Positions 9,901 through 17,881 of a DNA stretch of 64,000 nt are shown here, piece after piece (position 1 is the stretch's first letter; each line of letters opens with the position of its first letter). A program made the translations under genes and the position numbers. The notes below the pieces were generated by a model that made no database searches, was not told where the DNA came from, and was given only the letters and a program-made list of their open reading frames with translations. Source of the stretch: an uncultured Gemmatimonadales bacterium (GTDB lineage Bacteria; Gemmatimonadota; Gemmatimonadetes; Gemmatimonadales; GWC2-71-9); assembly GCA_963722825.1 (NCBI GenBank), contig CAVROI010000003.1, positions 983,764-1,047,763 of the forward strand, in the 5' to 3' direction.

Positions 9901-10258
9901 CCTCGAGCGGCGAGGTGACCTCGGTCCCCAGCACATCCCCACCGAGCAGGCGATCGAGATCGAGTCTTAGATGCCCCGGAGCCAGGGATACCTGCTCTCG
10001 CGTAGTCTGCAGTGCGTTGCTGCCAAGGCGCGGCCGAAGGACCGACAGCGCGGTCGCGAGGGAATGCCGGCCTTCCGACATACGGGCGCCGGGCCACAGG
10101 AGCTCCGCAAGATGCTCCCGCCGGTGGAAACGGCGGCCCTCGACGGCGAGGTAGACCAGGAGGCCCACGTGCTTCTTGGTACGAAACCGCACAGGGTCAC
10201 CCCCCGCCGTAAAAAGCGCGGGCAGGCCCAAGCATCGCAGGTAACGCGGGGACTCCAT
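6923..10258 (-). CDS. SARP/BTAD-family winged-helix regulator fused to P-loop ATPase and TPR-like repeats (STAND-type)
   Basis: N-terminal LRCLGLPALF...AELLWPG (SARP/BTAD-like), Walker A GDSGIGKST, Walker B ILVLDDVHLAD, about 600 aa helical repeat tail. ATG 10258 preferred to TTG 10309. Confidence 0.8.
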   Translation of the reverse strand: MESPRYLRCLGLPALFTAGGDPVRFRTKKHVGLLVYLAVEGRRFHRREHLAELLWPGARMSEGRHSLATALSVLRPRLGSNALQTTREQVSLAPGHLRLDLDRLLGGDVLGTEVTSPLEVSNFLDGFEIPDASEFSIWKDRQQARLLPAIKDALVLLIDRCRRTGDSRQIEQLADRMLTLDELSEEAIRAKMESRAFAGDRVGALKIFELWKARLATELGAVPSDQLEGMATRLRRRGWERTPIADIPSAPPDQLKARPFIGRTAEHRVLYEAWEGLRKGIPAHAFVLGDSGIGKSTLVLRLTAAAALEGAAISRVQSYDLERDIPYSTVGSLIQGLLDRPGVSATPPEVLAEIARTVPEVRRRFPGLPDSTDSQGETARIRLTEAFHEMLATIAEEHPVILVLDDVHLADEASLAVLHLVMRRARGQMIMVVLIARPGELANSPKAARLRESSESLGIHEIDLAPLSRGESADLLAALVPPEGPQPSASTRRALLRAAGGFPMVLELLIQDWQANGDQSIALAVDAMTADLEGGTEPTAAYRHIIARIVRSLDHNAHNVLNLAAVLGHRLNDLSMYGLIDLSLGQTMAGLSDLSARRVLRDGSDGMEFVNELIRASAYAAVPSSLRRALHSSVVDRLLSDQHQSETASGLEIAWHCIRAGRDHEATPYLLSGARDAIRNGAPDVAEHALSSALPGLGEPEATDARFLLVEVLQEQGRWLESLDMLTELEKRKGTERADEHLVHTIMGKANLGASTAHEMLERLPDLISIVQHSQVNRVRARAARAMAHLVAGSGDKTRAAALIDVVNLISAQELDADSVGFLALAKGIILYEARQTSASLAEVNTGIEQLKKRNAANVVMAQLHIGVSAINSRKGNYQDALVAQEQAFRMAVRLGNDGLTSLVIGNLAMYCGRLGRLDDQSYWLAQVPMGRNVDFAGLADLTIAYFSAQSHALRGRRSQADEAMASVERRMVGRIPRWMHQVWHFFRADVLWLTGRHAEAINIAAEEMDASGGVLLSQSFAGIFSRWLAVTCRASGKHYHAITVLEGFLERIEDYDALDQVEILCSIRYANLSTGSCNSGLDEVIQEKLSALPPGVTHHLQRLEILSGPG

Positions 10259-10644
10259 GCGGACTCGTCTGGGGGGTACGAATGAAGAGTATGCGGTAGG
10301 AGCAACCAACCGTCAACAAACTCAGACGGGTGGGCAATTTCGGTTGACGATGTGTAATGCAATCGAGCCACGAGCCTCCTGGGGAGGGCAGAACATCAGC
10401 TGGATGAGGACCATATCTCACTGTGGGCAACGACATAGGCCTGGTCATCCATGGCGTCGCGACTATGTCGTGGGACAGACGTAACAGGCAGCTGCCGATT
10501 CTGCTCGTGGAGCCGAGTAAGCGGGCTGTTCGTCGCGTGGAATTGATGAGTCGGGGGCGCCGAGCGTATGCCTGGCTTGTCACCGACTGCCTTCAGTGAG
10601 GGTTCGCGCGCTGGTGACCGCCAAGCTGTCCAAGCGCTTCCGAC

Positions 10645-10872
10645 TTGCTGGGTGAGCTGAACGAGCTGAACATTGCGCGCTTCGATGCCAAGCTCGAGCA
10701 GCGCCTGGCCGAGCTGCGGGCCGAGCCAGGGCAGGGGATCGGCGAAGTCCGCGGTGAGTTCCGGCAGCAGATTGTGGGGCTGCGGGCCGAGCTGCTTCGC
10801 TGGATGTTTGGTTTCTGGGTCACCACGTTGCTCGCCTTGGCCGGCATGTTGGTCGCTTTGCGCAGCCACTGA
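10645..10872 (+). CDS. small coiled-coil protein with C-terminal transmembrane helix
   Basis: TTG start. Heptad-like LEQRLAELRAE...LRAELLRW followed by a hydrophobic tail FGFWVTTLLALAGMLVAL. Start and authenticity uncertain. Confidence 0.4.
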   Translation: MLGELNELNIARFDAKLEQRLAELRAEPGQGIGEVRGEFRQQIVGLRAELLRWMFGFWVTTLLALAGMLVALRSH

Positions 10873-11163
10873 ATCCTTCTTGTCCTCCAGACGTCCAGAT
10901 ATCGGCTGAATCAGCGGCACCCCACCATTCACCGACGTACAAGAACAGCAGCCTGCTCCGCGCAGCCACCCCTGTTACAGCACGGACGCGTCATCGGCGA
11001 AGCGGCGGAGAACAGGCTGCACCTGAAAGGCAAGGTGGGGCTTGACGGCGCTGGTACCGCCTCGAAACTAGGTCGCAGCCCATCCCCATGAGAACGACGG
11101 ACCACCTCCAGCAAGTTGTTGTGGGATCCCATGCATCGCGCTACGTCTCCCGCCACGAACGCC

Positions 11164-11933
11164 ATGCGCCTCCGGTCCGCGCTGGCCGGGCTCTGCCTCA
11201 TCAGCATCCATGCCTGCGGCGAGAGCCCGAGCGCCCCTCCCGGCGATGCAGCCGAGCTGGCCGTCTTCGGCACCGATCCTGCCCCCACCGCGCCGGGCAT
11301 CTTCCTCGGCACCGACGTGACCAACACCGCCTGTCTGGGCCAGGTGGGCGACGCGGACAACGACAGCCTGCTGAACCGCTGCGAGACCGCACGAGGCGGC
11401 AGCCGCATTGGGCGGCCCGGCCGATCGCCGCCGGCCGGGTGCGTCTGGCCTACCTGCTCTCCCTGTACCGCGATCTGGGCACGGTGGGCTGCGCGCTGGG
11501 CATCGCGCGTCGCGCCGGGCATTACGGGCACTCCGAGATCTCGTGCTCGACGTGTTACCACGGCACGACCGGGTACTGGCTCCTGGACCAGGCCGTGTAC
11601 TCCGCCCACGTGGCATACAACGTCTACCCGCGGCTGTTCGCCGCGTACCCCGGCATGAACTACCCCGGCCGGCCCGGTGGATACCCGCGGGCCTTCCTCT
11701 CGCTCCGGAAGCACGCCGGGTACCGCTCCGACCGGGAGTGCGATGCGGGTGAGTTGGGGCTCGACGAGTGCGCCACCGACACCCGCGTCCGCGTGGTGGC
11801 GGGCGCCGTCCTTCACGCTCCCCCAGAGGGGTTACCGGCCGCCTCCCTGAGAGGATTGCGTCCGAGAACGTCCGGGGCGAGATTGCGTCGCCTGGCCGAT
11901 GGTCGGCCGGGCTTCGTCATGTACCCTGGGTGA
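11164..11933 (+). pseudogene. secreted lipoprotein of unknown function, frameshifted near 11400
   Basis: Signal plus lipobox (LCLISIHACGE) in frame of ORF 11116..11658. The plausible continuation (RLAYLLSLYRDLGTVGCALG...YHGTTGYWLLDQAVY) is in the frame of ORF 11088..11933. Confidence 0.5.
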
Positions 11934-11938
11934 GATCA

Positions 11939-12577
11939 ATGCGGGTGTCGGCAGGACCTCGAATCGGGGCAGTGCATCGTCGTGCGATGCAATGCTGTAC
12001 GGTGGCAACGGCGTTCGCGTTCGTGATGGCCGGCGGAGTGTCGGCCCAGGTGCCGTCAGGCGGCGGCCCCGTCATCCGCCCCGACCCTCCGTCCCTCCGG
12101 ATCACGCCCGAGAACGTCCGCTTCAGTAATTACCTGCACGATCTGGCCGGCCCGCGCGCCCTCGTCGGCGTCGTCGGTGGTGGCGTGCTCGGGCAGCTTC
12201 GCCGGCACGATGATGGCACCGAGCTGGAAGATCGGATCGCCGCCCGGGCCACCCAGCACGCGGCCCAGGTGAGCGTCCGCCACGGCCTCGCCGCCCTCAT
12301 GCACCGCGGCACCGACTACCATTTTCAATTCTGCGAATGCCACGGGCTCGGGCCGCGCGTGCAGCACGCCCTGCTCGAGACCTTCACCGATCGCCGCGCC
12401 GACGGGAGCCGGGCGTTCTCGGTGGCCCGCATCGCCGGCACCTACGCCGGGGACTTCGCCGGCCTCGCGTGGGATCACGATCGCAGCGCCGGCAACGTCG
12501 CGGCCGGCGCCACGCTCTCCCTGGGCTTCTCGGCGCTCTTCAACGTCGCCCGCGAGCTGAGCGGCATCGGCCGCTAG
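11939..12577 (+). CDS. hypothetical secreted protein
   Basis: ATG at 11939 inside ORF 11768..12577. Signal-like TVATAFAFVMAGGVSAQ. No domain recognised. Confidence 0.5.
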   Translation: MRVSAGPRIGAVHRRAMQCCTVATAFAFVMAGGVSAQVPSGGGPVIRPDPPSLRITPENVRFSNYLHDLAGPRALVGVVGGGVLGQLRRHDDGTELEDRIAARATQHAAQVSVRHGLAALMHRGTDYHFQFCECHGLGPRVQHALLETFTDRRADGSRAFSVARIAGTYAGDFAGLAWDHDRSAGNVAAGATLSLGFSALFNVARELSGIGR

Positions 12578-14253
12578 TAGCCCACCGCCATCCCGTCCTT
12601 CCGCGGATCGCTCCCCGCCGCGTATCCCCTGGGCAGCCTCACGATCGCCTGCGCCCCGCCGAACGCGCCCGGCGGCTGGTCGATCAGCACGTGCCCCATC
12701 GCCGCGAGCGCCGCGCGCACCGAGTCGCCCATCGGCGCCTCGAGCGCCACCCGCTGCCCGTCGAAATGGCGGAAACGCGGAGCGTCGATCGCGGCCTGGA
12801 GGTCCATGCCGAAGACGAAGTAGTTGAGGAGGAACTGCACGTGCCCCTGCGCCTGCATCCCGCCGCCCATCAGCCCGAAGCTCATGTACGCCTGTTCGCG
12901 CCCCCTCACCGTGTGGGTGACGAAGCCGGGAATCAGCGTATGGAACGGCCGCTTCCCCGGCGCGACGGTGTTCGGCAGGCCCGGCGTGAGCGTGAACCCC
13001 GCGCCGCGGTTGTGGAGCACGAACCCGGTGCCCGGCACCACGACCCCCGACCCGAAGTAGTCGTAGTTCGAGTTGATGAACGAGACCATGTTGCCCTCGG
13101 AATCGGCGGCGGTGAGGTAGATCGTCTCGCTCTGCGTCCGAAGCGGTCCCGGGTCCACCCGCGCCTGCGCGCGCGACGCATCCAGGTGGCCGCGCCGCTC
13201 GGCGATGAACCCGTCGGTCAGCATCTCCTCGGCCGGCATATCGAGATGCGCTGCGTCGCCGACGAAGCGGTCGAGGTCGGCATAGGCGAGCTTCTTGGCC
13301 TCGATCAGGTGGTGCAGGTAGGCCGCCGAGTTGTGCCCCATCGCCTTGAGATCGAAGGGCTCGAGGATGCGAAGCATCTCGAGCGCCGCGACCCCCTGAT
13401 TGTTGGGCGGCAGCTCCCACACCCGATAGCCGCCGAAGGGCACCGAGATCGGCGTGACCCAGGTCGGCGCGTTCTTCCTGAGGTCATCGAGCGTGACGAA
13501 GCCGCCCAGCGCCGCGAGGCGCGCCACGATGCGCCGGCCGAGCGCGCCGCCGTAGAAGGTGCCGGTGCCCCGCGCCGGCGATCTCCTGCAGCGTGCGCGC
13601 GTAGTCGGCGTTCCGGAACCAGTCGCCCGCCTTCGGCGCGCGGCCGCCGGGCAGATAGGTCGCCGCCGCCGCGGAGTCGCGCTCGAGGAAGGCCGTCTGG
13701 TCCGCCCACTGCGCCGCGATGATCGGCGAGACCGGGAAGCCGTCGCGCGCGTACCCGATGGCGGGCGCCAGCGCCTGGGCCAGCGTGCGCCGCCCGTAGC
13801 GTCCGCAGCGAGCAGGTCCCATCCCGCGAGCGCGCCGGGCACGGTCACCGACATGGCGCCCTGCTGCGATCCCGGCTGGAAGCCGCGGGCCAGCAGCGTG
13901 TCGCGCGTCATCAGCGAGCCGGCCCGCCCGCTCGCGTTCAGCGCGACGAGCTTCCGCGCCTTGGCGAGCCAGACGATCGCGAACATGTCGCCGCCGATGC
14001 CGGTCATGTGCGGCTCGGTCACGCTCAGCACGGCGGCCGCGGTGACCGCGGCGTCGACGGCATTGCCGCCGCGACGCAGCGCCTCCAGGCCGGCCTCGGA
14101 GGCCAGCGGCTGGCTGGTGGCCACCATGCCGTGCGGTGCGTAGACGGTGGAGCGGCCGGCCAGGGTGGTGGGGCGCTGGGCCCGGAGCGCGGCGGGGCAG
14201 GCGAGGAGCGCGGCGAGCGTACCGGCGGCAACGATCGGGTTGAGGCGGGGCAT
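12574..14253 (-). pseudogene. ggt: gamma-glutamyltransferase; ORF stays open but about 79 internal codons are out of the homologous frame
   Basis: GGT-like sequence throughout (TTHLSV-type context, GGGMQAQGHVQ, PRKDGMAVGY). Between about 13572 and 13809 the conserved sequence (RYGRRTLAQALAPAIGYARDGFPVSPIIAAQW...ARTLQEIAGAG) is found in ORF 13484..13822, while the long ORF reads an Arg/Ser/Pro-rich stretch. Confidence 0.8.
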
Positions 14254-14284
14254 CCGGACTCCCTCAGGGTGAGGTAGCGCGCCG

Positions 14285-15002
14285 GTGTGGTCGGCTGCAC
14301 GTTGCCGGCTCAGTCACGGTGAAAGTAGAAACGGTTTCCGTCCGGGTCCCTGCACCGCCATCTACACCCTCGCCTATCGGGGAGAATCCGGCGTCGAGCT
14401 GACGGACGCCGCCGGCACCGTCCGCCGCATTTTGGTCCCGAGTGAGAATCCGTTCACCAATCCTTTGGCCGGGCTGGTCACCGGACGGGAGCCAGATCGT
14501 GGTCCACGACGGAGTGCTGAAAAAAATGTACGTGCTTAGCCGCGACGGAGCGAGCCAGCGCTTTCTGGCCGACGGCGTGCGGCCCGATTGGTCACCGGAC
14601 GGCAGTGCGATCGCGTATGTCGCCCCTGTCGCCGGCCACCGAATCTTGCGCCTGATCGACCCCGACGGAAGCAATGACCGGCCACTCACGGCCCCAGCCA
14701 CGAACGAGACCGATACCGACCCGGCGTGGTCGCCGGACGGGTCCACCGTGGCCTTCGTCCGGCAGGGGCTCGCCCCCGACGGCAGCGTCATCGCCGTCCA
14801 CGGGTACGTGGTCGACCGGGATGGAACCAATGCGCGCCAGTTGGCCGTGTTGCCCGTCGGGAGTTTTCACCCCACGTGGTCTGCCGATGGCTTGCACTTG
14901 GCGTATTCGGGCGGAGGGGGCACCTACATGGTCGATGCGGATGGCAACGGGTTCCGCCTGGTGAGCACCCACTTTGGCTCACCTGCGCAGTGGCGGCCCT
15001 GA
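14285..15002 (+). pseudogene. TolB-like beta-propeller (PD40/WD40-like repeats), frameshifted near 14460, no signal peptide seen
   Basis: Repeats WSPDGSQIV, DWSPDGSAIAYV, DPAWSPDGSTVAFV, HPTWSADGLHLAYS in ORF 14442..15002. Upstream continuation (GVELTDAAGTVRRILVPSENPFTNP) is in the frame of ORF 14285..14539. Confidence 0.55.
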
Positions 15003-15009
15003 GCGTCCA
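14973..15009. repeat. 37-nt repeat, copy 1 (tttggctcacctgcgcagtggcggccc...)
   Basis: 35 of 37 nt identical to 23852..23888. Contains the near-palindrome CACCTGCGCAGTG. Overlaps the stop of the TolB-like ORF. Confidence 0.75.
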
Positions 15010-15044
15010 GAACGCGACCCTCGGAGCCTTCGCGTGCAAGCACG

Positions 15045-15938
15045 CTACCGGATCGCGAGGTCGAGATGATTCAGCCGCTCGGGGTCGGCGAGAACGTCGA
15101 TCGCCGTGATCCTGTCGCCGCTGAACGTGAAGCCCATCACGACAAATGGCCGACCGTTTGGAGCGATGATCACTCCGGCCGTCCCATTGACGAGTGCCGG
15201 TACGATGTGCGGGTAGAGCCTGGAATACGTGCGCGTGTGTGCGGCGACCGCTTTCGCACCGTGGAGCAGGAGCGAGGCCCGGCGGCGGAGCTTGCCGCCA
15301 TCGATCCTGAGCTCCACGCCGGGATGCAGTACTCGAAGGAGCGCGTCGAAGTCTCCGTCGCGTGCGGCGGCGAAGAACGCATCGACCACGCGCCTTTGTC
15401 GACCCAGGTCTCGGTCTGGTGTCGGTGAGTCCTGCACGCGCCGTCGCGCACGGCTGGCCAGCTGCTGGGCCGCGGCTTCGGAGCGCTCGAGGACGGCGGC
15501 GATGTCCGAAAACGGCACGCCGAACACATCGTGCAGCACGAACGCGATCCGTTCAGCCGGAGCAAGCGCGTCGAGCACGACGAGCAGCGCCAGCCCGACG
15601 GAGTCGGCAACGATAGCCTCCTGCTCGGGACTGGGCGTGTCGCCGAGCGTGACGACCGGGTCGGGCACGCGCACGTCGGAGACCTCCCGGCGTGCCCGCC
15701 GCGACCGCAACATGTTCAGGCATACCCGGCCAACGACCGTCGTCAGCCAAGCCTGCATATTCTCGACGGCGCGGGGATCCTGGTCGCGAATCCGAAGCCA
15801 CGTCTCCTGAAGCGCGTCCTCGGCCTCGCTCACCGACCCAAGCATGCGATAGGCAACGGCGGAGAGGTGGCGTCGGTGCTGCTGGAAGAGCTCAGTGAGC
15901 CACTCGCGCTCGTCCCGGCCGGAGGTTTGGTCCGACAT
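15045..15938 (-). CDS. ECF sigma factor with C-terminal SnoaL-like extension (ECF41/SigJ-like)
   Basis: Region 2 (AEDALQETWLRI) and region 4 motifs plus about 100-aa C-terminal extension. ATG at 15938 (MSDQTSG) preferred over the ORF-track start. Confidence 0.85.
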   Translation of the reverse strand: MSDQTSGRDEREWLTELFQQHRRHLSAVAYRMLGSVSEAEDALQETWLRIRDQDPRAVENMQAWLTTVVGRVCLNMLRSRRARREVSDVRVPDPVVTLGDTPSPEQEAIVADSVGLALLVVLDALAPAERIAFVLHDVFGVPFSDIAAVLERSEAAAQQLASRARRRVQDSPTPDRDLGRQRRVVDAFFAAARDGDFDALLRVLHPGVELRIDGGKLRRRASLLLHGAKAVAAHTRTYSRLYPHIVPALVNGTAGVIIAPNGRPFVVMGFTFSGDRITAIDVLADPERLNHLDLAIR

Positions 15939-15967
15939 CTGCGCGGCGGCTCCTCGAATCAGGATCA

Positions 15968-16324
15968 TCACCAATTGTTATGATCGGCAAGGTTTACGAC
16001 CAGTGCGGCCAGTGCGAGTACCAGAAAGCTAACCGCCCCACCGACCTGACGGTCGCGCGCCCGGATGTGCGCCCCCACCGCGCACACGAAGTAGAGGATG
16101 AGGCCGATCGCGGCAACCTCGCCGAGCACCGGGACGGCGAATCCCATCGACAGTCCGGCCGCGCCCGAGGCCAACAGCGTGCCGAACGGGATCATCCAGC
16201 GTCGTGATACCTGCAAACGGTCCGCGACGGCCTTGACCGACTCCGCGCCGACGAAATTCAAACAGGCGGCATAGCCGTTTGCGACTGCCGCCAGGAGTGT
16301 TATGACGACATAGGCAATGTGCAT
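15968..16324 (-). CDS. DoxX-like family membrane protein
   Basis: 118 aa, four hydrophobic helices. Immediately upstream of, and co-directional with, the ECF41-like sigma gene. Confidence 0.7.
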   Translation of the reverse strand: MHIAYVVITLLAAVANGYAACLNFVGAESVKAVADRLQVSRRWMIPFGTLLASGAAGLSMGFAVPVLGEVAAIGLILYFVCAVGAHIRARDRQVGGAVSFLVLALAALVVNLADHNNW

Positions 16325-16588
16325 ACCTCATAGACACGGGCGCTCGAGGAAACCTGACAGGGGATTTCCCTTATGCATGGCGTCGGCATCCGCCACGACC
16401 TGGTCTCCGGCGCGGGTGACGGGGAAACTGCAACGTGAGGTCCGCAACGTCTCGGGTCAAGCAAACGAACGTGAGCCGATTTCCCGCCCTTGTGCGCGTT
16501 GGTTGACAGGGCGGCGATCGAGGTGGCACTCGGCTCCCTCCGCTCCCCTATCGACAGCGCCTTCGGGCGCTACACCAGGAGGTCGGAG

Positions 16589-16996
16589 ATGGCGGCACGC
16601 AAGGGCATTTTCCGTTTGGGCAGGATCCCGGCAATCACCCGAGGCGTCATCGCGGCTGCGGCGTTGGTTCTCGGAGCGTGCGGCAAGGACAGCACCGGCC
16701 CGACGGAGACCACCCACAAGGACCCAGCCGATCCAGTTGCTACAGCGACCGGGATCCGAGTTCAGAACAACTCACAGTTCACGGTGGTGGACGTCTACAT
16801 TTCGTCCTGCACTGCCTCGACCTGGGGCGACGATAGGTACGATGGAGCCCTGGGGCCGGGCGAGAGCACGACCTTCGATGATGTGGGCGCCGGTTGCTAC
16901 GATATCCTGGTGAGCGGCAGCGGCGACGTGGGGTGGGAGTTAAGCAATCAGATCGTCTCGAGTGGAAAGATCACGGTCGTGACGCTGACGAACTGA
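16589..16996 (+). CDS. small lipoprotein, unknown function
   Basis: AGGAGG 7 nt upstream of ATG 16589. Signal plus lipobox AAALVLGACGKD. Confidence 0.6.
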   Translation: MAARKGIFRLGRIPAITRGVIAAAALVLGACGKDSTGPTETTHKDPADPVATATGIRVQNNSQFTVVDVYISSCTASTWGDDRYDGALGPGESTTFDDVGAGCYDILVSGSGDVGWELSNQIVSSGKITVVTLTN

Positions 16997-17024
16997 ACCA
17001 CCCATTTCTTCCTCACTCTCCTCC

Positions 17025-17060
17025 GGCGGCGGAATCCCAAGCGGTTCCGCCGCCTTTGTT
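17025..17060 (+). terminator. rho-independent terminator candidate
   Basis: Stem ggcggcggaa / ttccgccgcc with a 10-nt loop, followed by tttgtt. Confidence 0.6.
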
Positions 17061-17302
17061 CGACCCCGCCATGTTCAGACGAGAAGACAAGAGGGGAACT
17101 TGGAGAATCGGCTCGGGCGTTGGTCTGTGATCGAAGTTGACGAGGGGCCAACCTGGTATTGCCGGGTTGGCCCTATGGAGGAGGGAAGCTCAGCGAGGAA
17201 CGCGGCAACTCCCGGAAGCTCGGCTCACCGGCTTCGGTGCTTGACCGGAGGCCTCCGGGCCCCGACGTTTGAGCTATCCCGAACCCAACCGAGTTGGACG
17301 CC

Positions 17303-17881
17303 ATGGCGACACCGACTCAGAACGTGACGAACCTCCTGCAAGCCTGGGGTAGCGGAGACGCCGCCGCGCTCGACCGGCTCGTGCCGATCGTCTACGACGA
17401 GCTCCATCGCCAGGCCCAGCGCTATCTTCGCCGGGAAAACCCGGGGCACACCCTTCAGGCCACAGCCCTGGTGAACGAGGCCTACCTGCGACTGGTCGAT
17501 CAGCGCGAAGCCCGCTGGCAGAACCGCGCACAGTTCTTCGGGGTAGCAGCGCAGCTGATGCGGCGAATTCTGGTGGACTACGCCCGCCGGCATCAGGCCG
17601 CAAAGCGCGGCGGGTCGGCGATTCAGGTGCCGTATGAGGAGGACGCGGTGGCGGTGGCGGAGTCGGAAATCGACCTCGTGTCGCTCGACGATGCGCTCAC
17701 TCGGCTGGCCGCCCTCGATACTCGGCAGGCGCGGGTTGTGGAGCTGCGCTATTTCACGGGGTTGGGCATCGAGGAGACGGCGGAGGCGTTGGGGATTTCG
17801 CCGGCGACGGTCAAGCGCGAATGGGCGATGGCGCGGGCGTGGCTCAAGCGCGAGCTGAACGAGGGCTCAGGATTCCAATGA
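17303..17881 (+). CDS. ECF sigma factor (PF07638-like, kinase-associated type)
   Basis: LLQAWGSGDAAALDRLVPIVYDELHRQAQRYLRRENPGHTLQATALVNEAYLRL and C-terminal region 4 (VELRYFTGLGIEETAEALGISPATVKREW). Stop overlaps the next gene start (ATGA). Confidence 0.85.
   Translation: MATPTQNVTNLLQAWGSGDAAALDRLVPIVYDELHRQAQRYLRRENPGHTLQATALVNEAYLRLVDQREARWQNRAQFFGVAAQLMRRILVDYARRHQAAKRGGSAIQVPYEEDAVAVAESEIDLVSLDDALTRLAALDTRQARVVELRYFTGLGIEETAEALGISPATVKREWAMARAWLKRELNEGSGFQ

Noticed and set aside
12056-13722. Long ORFs 12056..13420 (-) and 12337..13722 (+) overlapping ggt and its neighbour
   Set aside because: These are alternative frames of regions already explained by GGT homology. The translations are dominated by Arg/Gly/Ala/Pro.
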